From Dendrobates tinctorius (lineage: Eukaryota), in contig NW_027361702.1 of the NCBI RefSeq assembly GCF_039654945.1, positions 7,378,001-7,442,000 on the forward strand: a stretch of DNA of 64,000 bases, read 5' to 3'. A program made the position numbers and the translations under genes. Below the pieces are notes generated by a model. It saw only the letters and a list, made by a program, of their open reading frames with translations, was not told the DNA's origin and did no database searches. Positions 35,209 through 44,860 of this stretch are shown here, piece by piece; position 1 is the stretch's first letter, and each line of letters starts with the position of its first letter.

Positions 35209-36535
35209 CCGCGATTTTCGGTGCGAAAACGTTTAAAAATCGTGTACAGAACGCCCGCCCCCCCCCCCCCCCCATGCATTCCGCACATGCTGTGCTAATG
35301 CTGCGCTTTTTTCCACGGCGGAATCGCATCGTGGAAAAAATCGCAGCACGATCTTTCCTTTGTGCAGAATCGCAGAATTGCCGCGATTCCGCACCCATAG
35401 GAATGCATGAGAATCGCTTACTTCCCGCATGTGGCTATGACCACCATGCGGGAAGTTAAGCGTCTCATGTGCGGTTGGTACCCACGGTGTGGAGGAGAGG
35501 AGACTGTCCTCCATGCCCTGGGTACCATACCCCTGTAAAAAAAAACTAATAAAAAATCGGGATATATTTACCTTCCGACGTCCCGGGCCTCAGCGTTCCC
35601 AGTAATGCCTTTCGGCAATGACCTTTTGACGTAGTCCCGCGAGATCGCTATTGTAACGAGACCAACGTCATCACATGTCTCGCAAGGCATCGCTGGGAAC
35701 GCTGAGGCCCGGGATGGCAGCGCGGGATGCCGGAAGGTAAATATACCCCGTGTATGTGGGGTGTTCTTCTCCTCCTCCCCCCCCCCCCCCCACATCATCC
35801 AATCTTTTACTATTGATGCTGCATAGGCAGCCTCAATAGTAAAAAGCTGCTCACACTTGTCAAACACTATGTTTGACGAGTGTGACCAACCTGTCAATCA
35901 CTTTCCAAGCTATGCTTCAAATTGCTTGGAAAGTGCTTGAGAGAATCGCGGTGAAATCATGCAGAAAAAAACACGCAATTTCTGGGAGGGAGTCCGGTTT
36001 TCACTGTGCGTTTTAAAACGCTACGTTGGCACATAGCCTAAGTCTGTATTTAATGTTACCACAAACCTATTCTGCAGCAATGTGCATTGTACCACTGTCA
36101 AGCAAAAAAAATATCCTGTATAATTGAGTTGCCAAACAGTTGTGGAAGAAGTAAAACATACTGTTGTGGTGACCATAAATGTGTTCATTATTAACCCTCA
36201 GATGTCATCTCTTATGATAGGTTAAAATCCATCTCCCCAACACAAGAGCCTCTGACATGTCACTTGACATAACAAGAAAGTTCCTAGACCTCCGTACTCC
36301 CAAATAGTAAGTAATGAAAGGCCACAAGGTACCGACCCACATCATGTTGACAACTAACTGGTATCATTAGAAAAATCCTTTCTCTAACAGTGTTTCTTTC
36401 CTCAGTAAACTTGGACTACACCTTCCCCATCCAGTCAATGAAAAAACTGGGAAAGCACAGTTTAAAGTGGATACACAAACTCTGGAGGTGACCCTCACTA
36501 TGGTCAGAGACTTGGACTTTGTCAATTTTTCATAA
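25930..36535 (+). CDS. dnaaf6: Dynein axonemal assembly factor 6 (PIH1 domain-containing 3), complete, 190 aa
   Basis: Exons 25930-26016, 29970-30042, 33114-33213, 33286-33382, 36221-36306, 36406-36535 total 573 nt, all GT-AG and phase-consistent. Recognised PIH1D3 motifs: [85 protein letters not shown]...[17 protein letters not shown]. Confidence 0.95.
26636..29491 (-). mobile_element. hAT transposon, complete, 2856 bp, in dnaaf6 intron
   Basis: TIR CAGGGCTGTGGAGTCGG; perfect 8-bp TSD CTTCTCAG (26628-26635, 29492-29499); subterminal CCGACT repeats. Confidence 0.97.
26907..28924 (-). pseudogene. hAT transposase with BED finger; single frameshift at a (GA)n tract
   Basis: CQC...C...[36 protein letters not shown]. 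Two ORFs overlap at 28428-28444; removing 2 nt gives 671 aa. The CxxH motif reads RVVH. Confidence 0.9.
29970..30042 (+). CDS. dnaaf6: dnaaf6 coding exon 2
   Basis: [24 protein letters not shown]; donor GTAAGT. Confidence 0.9.
30235..31720. mobile_element. Degenerate piggyBac-like non-autonomous element
   Basis: ttaa-CCCCTTAATGTCC start; distal part is reverse-similar to 6867 and 11714; right boundary approximate. Confidence 0.5.
33114..33213 (+). CDS. dnaaf6: dnaaf6 coding exon 3
   Basis: [25 protein letters not shown]; followed by a 72-nt intron. Confidence 0.92.
33286..33382 (+). CDS. dnaaf6: dnaaf6 coding exon 4
   Basis: [32 protein letters not shown]; donor GTAAGC. Confidence 0.95.
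34234..34435. mobile_element. Palindromic hAT-like MITE
   Basis: CAGTGTTCCCC..AACTCCAGTCCTCAAGAG / CTCTTGAGGACTGGAGTTGGGG arms; flanks tcctacac/ccctacgc. Confidence 0.7.
35156..36038. mobile_element. Harbinger-type MITE
   Basis: TAA TSD; GGCTGTGTGCCCA / TTGGCACATAGCC termini. Confidence 0.75.
36221..36306 (+). CDS. dnaaf6: dnaaf6 coding exon 5
   Basis: [28 protein letters not shown]; donor GTAAGT. Confidence 0.95.
36406..36535 (+). CDS. dnaaf6: dnaaf6 coding exon 6 (last)
   Basis: [45 protein letters not shown] at 36533-36535. Confidence 0.95.
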
Positions 36536-36600
36536 CCCTCGAATCCAGTGTTAAGAATTCACTTTGTCATTTTGTTTTACTTCTGTTTCATATTTATTAA

Positions 36601-36606
36601 AATAAA
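36601..36606 (+). terminator. Probable dnaaf6 polyadenylation signal
   Basis: AATAAA 65 nt after the stop codon, overlapping an upstream ATTAAA. Confidence 0.65.
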
Positions 36607-37564
36607 ATCACTTTGATTAATAACTAACGTAAGTTTCCTGTAATACAAACTGCATGCTACTGCCAGAATGTCAAATACTGACTGTCTTATGACTGCCCCC
36701 CTTTTTCTTCACTATGTAATCACAAGAAGCAATGGTAACTTGAACCTCTGGGGGACCCCTCACTGCTCATGGCCTGTACATGTGTGGTCTGCACATGTTG
36801 TAGCGCTCAGGAACTGAGCCTGGCTTACACTCAGCAGAGGCTGGCAGTGCTACACAGCTGGCATCTAACAGCAGCAACTGGAGTTAGCGTATGCACAAAC
36901 TCATCACCTTTCCCACATCGGCTAGTAACGAGCTGAATGCTTTGGATGTTTCTGACGTGTCAATGTTTGAGGTGTAGCCAGCAACACTGGTCTAATAGTC
37001 AGATCACAGCCCCTTCCCTCAATCTAACTCTTTACCATGAAACCCCAGAATTATAGAGGACAAAGGGAATTCTCAAACTGCAATGTCAGCTTATTACATT
37101 GCCAGATCAAACCAACATTTTCCAGAGCTCTGACCTATGCAAATGATCTTTCTGAAGGATGTCTGTTAAACAGACTGGTTATGTAAGGCCTCTTTCACAC
37201 TTCAGTTTTTTGCCATCAGTCAAAATCCGCCAAAAATTTGAAAATGGCGGATCCGCAAAAATGGAAACAAAACGGATGCAAACTGATGGAACGGATCCGT
37301 TTTGTTGAGGATCCGCCATACCGATTTTACTGCGGATCCTCGACAAAACGGATCCGTTCCATCAGTTTGCATCCGTTTTTGTCATCCGTTGGATCCGTTT
37401 TTTTGCGGATCCGTTTTTCCACTCCTCCAAAATGGGATGCTCCCAAATATGATTCGCTCTTGGAAAATGCTCTCAAATGTGATTGGATGCTGGAAACTAG
37501 GGAGAAATATATCTAGGGTGTTGTGATACAATTTCTTTGAAAGGTTTTAGAGCTAGTGGCAGCG

Positions 37565-38918
37565 ATGGAAGGAGTTAGTGCGAGTCTGGAAGGAGTTATT
37601 GCGAGTATTGACAGCTTCTGTGTGGAATTGGATCTTCACTTGAATCGGTTGGCAATTATTGCTATCGAGAGGGAGAAAAGACTGCGAATCCTGCGTATGA
37701 GGAGACGGCGCCAGTGGATTCATCCCATTAATGCGCAGAGGTTCACCCGTGGCGTTTTTTCCACACTGTACCTGGAATTGAGGGAGAATCCGGACAAGTT
37801 CTTCAACTACGTGCGCATGCGGATGGAATTCTTTGAGATATTGGTGGATCGTGTTGGAGAACAAATCCGGAGAAGGGACACCTACATGCGGTTTTCTATA
37901 TCACCGGCGGAGCGTTTGATGGTGACCCTTCGGTAAGTTATCTACCTTTTAAAATGTTTCAGATTCTGCAGGCTTTTATTGTTATGTTATGGCTTGTAGT
38001 TTGTATTAATTTTACTTTTTTTCCCTTTTTTTAAGATTCCTGGCAACTGGAGAATCCTTCACCTCCCTCCATTTCCAGTTCCGGATTGGGATTTCCACTA
38101 TTGCTGGAATTGTACAACAGACCTGCCGGGCATTATGGGATTCTCTACAGGAGGAATACATCCCAGAGCCAACACAGGAGAGGTGGCTGGAGATTGCAGA
38201 GAAGTTTCAAGATATCTGCCAGTTTCCAAACTGCATCGGTGCCGTGGATGGCAAGCATATCAGGATTGTGAAACCCATGGGATCTGGTTCACAGTTTTAC
38301 AACTATAAAAAATACTTTTCCATTGTGCTAATGGCCATTTCGGATGCAAACTGCAAATTCATTGCCGTGGACATTGGTGCATACGGTCGTTCTAACGACT
38401 CACAGGTATTCAAGAGTTCCACCATGGGCCGTCGCTTGTATGGAGACAATTTTAACTTCCCACCTCCAAGACCACTCCCTGGAACAACAGGCCCACCAAT
38501 GCCTTTTGTGTGCGTTGGCGACGATGCTTTTCAACTTTCAAAACACCTACTGAAGCCATATGGTAGTCGTGGATTAACACACCAGAAAAGAATCTATAAC
38601 TATCGGTTAACCAGAGCGCGCAGAGTGGTGGAGTGCGCGTTTGGAATTTTAACTGCAAAATGGAGAGTCCTGTTAACGGCCATGAAAATGAAAACAGAGA
38701 CTGTGGATGAGGTGGTAAAGGCCTGTGTAATCCTGCACAATTTTGTCCTTTCAAAGGAACCAGTTTCCATCGATGACAATGTGTATGAAACCACCTTGTG
38801 GGATTATGAGCAGCAAACTTTTCGGAGTACTGGTTCAGTGGCAAGAATTAGGGATACCTTTGCAGATTATTTTGTTACACCAGAGGGACAAGTGGACTGG
38901 CAATATCACATGATATAA
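37565..38918 (+). CDS. Harbinger DDE transposase (HARBI1-like family), 2 exons, intact, 416 aa
   Basis: Exons 37565-37932 and 38036-38918 join in frame (LMVTLR|FLATGESF); catalytic motifs GAVDGKH, VGDDAF, RRVVECAFG; no stops. Confidence 0.92.
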
Positions 38919-39774
38919 TTTTCTTCTTACCAATTGTGAGTAATTTTTTTTTTTTTTTTTTTTATCTGAAATTTTACCAAGTGTTTGCTTTGCACAAGCA
39001 TTGTGTTTTACCATGTGATTTGGTTAATTTTACACTTTGCAGTGTTAACAATTGTTGGGTACCAAGCGTAAAGTTATCCAAGTGTTGTGTACCAAGCGTA
39101 AAGTTACCAAGTGTTGTGTACCAAGCGTTTTACACTTTGAAATGTTCACAAGTGTTGGTTATCAAATGTTGTGCTACCAAGTGTTTTTTTTGTACCTTGT
39201 ACACCACCGGTGTACTGTGAAATATTACCCAGGGTTGTGTGTTGTGTTAACAAGTGTTGTGTTTACCTTTTACACCACTGGTGTAATTTGAATAAAGAAG
39301 CAAAAAATAAACATCACAATAAAGTTTTTTGAAAAAAAACAGTTTATTTCTGACAATTTGTATTAACTGTATTTTTTTTTTTAATTTTTTTTCTTAACTT
39401 TTTTTGTAACTTTTTTTGGTATTACCTTTTTGGTAACTTTTTTTTGGTATAATATTACCTTTTTTAATTTTTTTTGGTATATTACTTTTTTAATTTTTTT
39501 TTGGTAAATTACAAACTATGATACTGTTGGGTGGAGATAGTATTGGAGGGGGGGGTTAACAGGGTTGACCACATCGAGGGCGGTAGGGGACTGGGGAGGG
39601 AGTTGGTGAGGACCAGAAGTGGAAGGGGGGTTTAACACATGTGGTTGGGACGGGAGTGGATGGACAGACGAGGTTTGTGGGTACATTGAAGGTGTATGTG
39701 GGGGTGGGTATGGCGAGGGCATTGGGGTATAATGCAATGGGGAAGGTAGGTACTGGGAAGAATGGAATGGGGAA

Positions 39775-42147
39775 CTAGAGAAAGGAGAGGGAGTGGTAGG
39801 AGGAGGGACGGCTGTGTGATTGATGGTGGTGGAAGGATGGACGGGGGGGAGGATGGACTGTGGAAGGATAGACAGGGGGAGGATGGACTGTGGAAGGATA
39901 GACAGGGGGAGGATGGACTGTGGAAGGATAGACAGGGGGAGGAAGAGATGCTTCAGCAAGCACTTCCACTAGAGCATTCTGACAGGCTTGCATCACACGC
40001 ATCTGCTGGTGAGTACTTAAACCTTCCATTTGCCGGACAACAGAATGAAAAAAGGTATGTCTCGGTGTCTGGTTTGATTCTAAACTCATCTGTTCCATGT
40101 ATCTTCTGAGTTCCATGATACTTTGATTGATCATGGTCAACCCAGAAGATAACCGTTGTCCATAAGTGTGGAAACCGTGTTGAACAGTTGAGTTTAGACT
40201 CAAACAGTCAGACAAGGTCATCCTTTCCTGACTCCTCAGACGCTGCCGGCCAGAACCAAAAGTTGGTCGAGATGTTGCGGCAGTGTCTGAGGGGTGGGGA
40301 ACAGGGAACAAGTCGTCACCAGCAGCTTCATGTGATGAAGTCTGCCCTGCTGCTCCAGTGCTGGTGGAGGGGATAGAGGGATCAGACAAGAGGGTAGGTA
40401 CAGAGGGGTCGGATACCTCGATGTGGTCACCGGGGGCGGTCTCACTAGGGATCACTCCAGAGGGACGCAACTGTGATGCAGACTCCTGAGTGCTGCAGAT
40501 GGTGCTAAAAAAAAAAAAAGAAGAAAAAAATGTATATTAAAAATATTGATATTTAATTTAAGTCTGCTGAAAAAAAAATTGGTTAAACATTTCTACTACA
40601 GGAATTGTTTGGGGAATATTTACCTTCTGCACGCCATTGTAGATCGCAGGAACGCCAGGGCTTGGTAGTTTTTGTACTGGGGTCCCCGGCGTCCTCCCGA
40701 CGATCCACTCGGGGTCTGAATCTCTTTGTTGTAGTCCCTCTTGAAGCGATCCCGGAGCGACCGCCACCGTGTGATAACCCTGTCACCTGTGAAGCAAAAA
40801 AAAAAAAAAAGTTTAGTATTCAACACTTCACATGCTGGAAATATAAAGTTACTGAAGTTGTAATACTTACGCACAAAATCCCTGGCCCTCGCATTGAGTT
40901 CCTCCCAGTTGTCAATAACTGAAGAACAGACTTCATCCCAGAGCCGTCGTGTGGTTGGTTGGTCGGCATGAAGACGGTTTGCCATGTTCCACAGCGGCTC
41001 CCGGATTTCCACCTCATGGATGAGGTCATCACTATCAATAATGACACCCTCCTCCTGATGTCTGCGGGGAGCACGCTGTGAAACCTGTGAAGATAAAAAA
41101 CAAAACAAAAAGCAAAAAATTACATTATATTCAAACACATGATGTTCATTTAAACAATTATCAAAATAGGGTTACTTACCGTTTGCCGACCACCAGAGGC
41201 ATCACCTTGACGACCCTGGGATGTCCTGGGAGTCACTCTAGTGCGGGCACCGGATTCTGAAGACTGTGGGAAAAAAAAAAAAAAATGTTTGGATGGATGC
41301 AATTATGGTGTGCACTGTGATGAATGTTTGTGTTGGGTGTAGCATTATGTATCTGTGTATGTGCTAAACTTACAATCTGCGCACCCCCTCCGTGTGTCTC
41401 TCCACCCTGCACGTCTCCTCCTGGAAGCTCCTCTGAATCAGCTTCCTGTTAAAACATAATAGGATAGTGTTTTTAACCACAAAAAAATTATTTTAAATAA
41501 AAAATAAACAAAATTTTTTTTACCTCAGCTCGCTGATGATGTGAGGGGGAGCTTTCAGGAGAAGACATTACGGCTTGGGGCAGCTGTGTTGCTTCCTGAA
41601 CTGATCTGCAAGTATAAACACACTTGTTAAGCTACTATACAAAGTATCATAATAAGCTTTCAGGCTTTTATACTTACAGGGAAAATGTTTGGCTGGCAGT
41701 ATCTGCTTCGGCCTGGCTGGCAGTCTCTGTTGCGGTCTGGCTGGGCCTCTCTGCTGCAGCCTGGCTGGCAGTCTCTGTTGCGGTCTGGCTGGGCCTCTCT
41801 GCTGCAGCCTGGCTGGCAGTCTCTGTTGCGGTCTGGCTGGGCCTCTCTGCTGCAGCCTGGCTGGCTCTCTCTGCTGCTACCCTGCTGGTAGTGCTTGAAG
41901 TGATCTGCAAGTATAAAGAGACTTGTTAAGCTACTATACAAAGGATCATAATAAGCTTTCAGGTCTTTATACTTACAGGGAAACTAATGGTTGCCTGTAC
42001 GCCGCGGTGTGGCTGTTCCTCTCTGCTGCGGTCAGGGTTGTTTCTGCTGCGGTCTGACCGGTCATGTCTGCTGCGTTGATCCCTGCTGCGGTCTGAATCT
42101 CTGCTACGGTTGGGCTGGCCGTGTCTGCCGGTATGGTGGCGCTTCAT
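39775..42147 (-). CDS. Harbinger ORF2: MADF (Myb/SANT-like) DNA-binding protein with BESS-like motif, up to 8 exons
   Basis: Exons 42147-41977, 41904-41678, 41605-41524, 41445-41374, 41263-41180, 41084-40871, 40786-40624, 40504-39775, all GT-AG and phase-compatible (580 aa; 435 aa from the ATG at 41568). MADF: LIHEVEIREPLW...LWDEV...RWRSLRDRFKR...YQALAFL. BESS-like: FFHSVVRQMEGLSTHQQMRVM. The start codon is uncertain. Confidence 0.8.
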
Positions 42148-43026
42148 TGTGTGAACTGAAAGAAAATGATATGAAAGTTTTAAAAAAAAAAACAAAAACA
42201 AAAAAAAAACCACATTTTGTATGTGTAATTCCCTGAAACTAATTATACGCAATTTTAAGTGTTTGCATGTCTACATTCCCTTATCTCAGAGTGTAACCAG
42301 TGATTGAAGGTGTCTAATATTTTGTGTAAACCTACTTTCTTTGTGTTTTGTAACTGAGTGTAACCAGTAATTGAAGGTGTGTAATTGCTGTGTATACCAG
42401 TTTGCATTCCCTGAAACTCTCACCGAGAGTGTAACCAGTGATTAAAGGTCTCACCGTGTAACCAGTGATTGAAGGCGTGTAGTGTGTAATTGGTGTGTAT
42501 ACCAGTGTTTGCATTCCCTGAAACTCTCAACAGAGTATGTAACCAGTGATTGAAGGTGTTTAATTTCTGTGTATACCCACTGTGTTTGCATGGTTTTGAA
42601 TTCCCTGAAACTCAGTTGTGTATACCCATTTTTTCATGGTATGTTGCAATCTCACTTTTAACCACACTTGTATACCAGAACACTTCAATTACCTTTATGG
42701 TAACTTAATTTTACCTTTTTTAAAATGATACAAAGTAGATTTTTTCAAAACAATTTATTTTTTTTTTTTTTTTTATTATTTTTTTTTTTTCCAAAAAATA
42801 GGAGCTACTCTGCTCTTTATTTTAAATACCACAATACATGAAAAATAAAAAAACGCAAACACGCATAACACACAGCCAGGCTACACACTCCAGGTGTCTT
42901 GCAGGTGGAAGATTTGCAGCGGAGTTTGAAATTCTATCAGTCAGGCTGGTGTTTGATGTCTGGTTCGGTTTCTTCAGTGTGGCTGTTGCCAGATGTCTGG
43001 GCACAAACCACATACAATACCATTTA

Positions 43027-43788
43027 GGCCGGTTTCACATTTGCACTTTATAGCGCAGCGATGGCCTGCACACGTCCGCCACAAATCCCCACCTACTACT
43101 GCACATGAATGCTTGCGATCTGCGCACCCTATCTTTATCATAGGGTGCACAGATGGTGCGCTGGCAGGATTTTACAGTGTGCTGCGCACTTTTGAAGGTG
43201 TGCCGTGCGCGCCAAAATGCAACATGCTGCGTTTGGCGCGCAAGGGCACACCTTCAAAAGTGCGCAGCACATGGTAAAATCCTGCCAGCGCACCATCTAC
43301 GCACCCTATGATAAAGATAGGGTGCGCAGATCGCAAGCATTCATGTGCGCTAGTAGGCGGGGATTAGTGGCGGACGTGTGCAGGAAATAGCTGCGCTATA
43401 AAGTGCAAATGTGAAACCGGCCTAAATGGTATTGTATGTGGTGTTATTGGGCACAGACATCTACATTAAAACACCAGCCTGACTGATACAGTCAGGCTGG
43501 TGTTTGATGTAGATGTCTGTGCCCAATAACACCACATACAATACCATTTAGGCCGGTTTCACATTTGCACTTTATAGCGCAGCTATTTCCTGCACACGTC
43601 CGCCACTAATCCCCACCTACTAGCGCACATGAACGCTTGCAATCTGCGCACCCCATACTAAAGATAGGGTGTGCAGATCGCAAGCGTCCATGTGTGCTAG
43701 TAGGCAGTGATGACCAGATGGGACGGGGATTAGTGGTGGACGTGTGCAGGTTATCCCTGCGCTATAAAGTGCAAATATGAAACCAGCC
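43027..43788. repeat. Two palindromic Harbinger-type MITE copies (43027-43422, 43551-43788) joined by a palindromic spacer
   Basis: TIR GGCCGGTTTCACATTTGCAC; spacer 43423-43550 is self-complementary about ~43486. Confidence 0.85.
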
Positions 43789-43789
43789 T

Positions 43790-44860
43790 TTACACCACAC
43801 AATCACAGCAAGAAATACAATATTAAAGTTGTATGAAAATAACATGCAGTACACATGCAACAGAAAAAAAAAAAAAAAATGCAACACACACACACACACA
43901 CACGCTCCAGGGGTCTTGCAGGTGGTAGACTTGCAGCTGTGCAGACAGGTTTTATAGCTCTAGTTGAATCTTCTGTCAGGCAGGCTGGAGTCTGATATCT
44001 TGCTTGGAGTATTCAATGTTGCTGGTGCCGGATTGTCTGGGCCCAATTACACCACATACAATACACCACTCAATCGCAGCAATCACAGCATAAAAAATAC
44101 AATATAATTACAGTTGTATGAAAATAAAAAGCAGTACACATGCAACAGAAAAAAAAAAAAAAAAATGGAACGAAAAAAAAAAAAAAAAAAATGCACACAC
44201 AGGCCACACACATACACACACACGCTCCAGGGGTCTTGCAGGTGGTAGACAGGTTTTATAGCTCTAGTTGAATCTTCTGTCAGGCAGGCTGGAGTCTGAT
44301 ATCTTGCTTGGAGTATTCAGTGTTGCTGGTGCCGGATTGTCTGGGCCCAATTACACCACATACAATACACCACTCAATCGCAGCAATCACAGCATAAAAA
44401 ATACAATATAATTACAGTTGTATGAAAATAAAAAGCAGTACACATGCAACAGAAAAAAAAAAAAAAAAATGGAACGAAAAAAAAAAAAAAAAAAATGCAC
44501 ACACAGGCCACACACATACACACACACGCTCCAGGGGTCTTGCAGGTGGTAGACTTGCAGATGGGCAGACAGGTTTTATAGCTCTAGTTGAATCTTCTGT
44601 CAGGCAGGCTGGAGTCGGATATCTTGCTTGGAGTATTCAGTGTTGCTGGTGCCGGATTGTCTGGGCCCAATTACACCACATACCATACACCACTCAATCG
44701 CAGCAATCACAGCATAAAAAATACAATATAATTACAGTTGTATGAAAATAAAATGCAGTACACAAGCAACAGAAAAAAAAAAATATAAAAAAAAAAAAAC
44801 AGACATGCAACACTCACAGACCACACACACACACACACACACACGCTACACACTTGCAGG
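43790..44860. repeat. Tandem array of ~305-320-bp units (3 plus a partial) inside the Harbinger
   Basis: Recurring atacaccactcaatcgcagc at ~44061, 44365 and 44685; a diverged copy lies at ~42830-43020. Confidence 0.9.

Noticed and set aside
37565-38918. Host gene harbi1
   Set aside because: It sits inside TIRs with a TSD and a partner MADF gene, so it is a transposon ORF; no gene symbol assigned.
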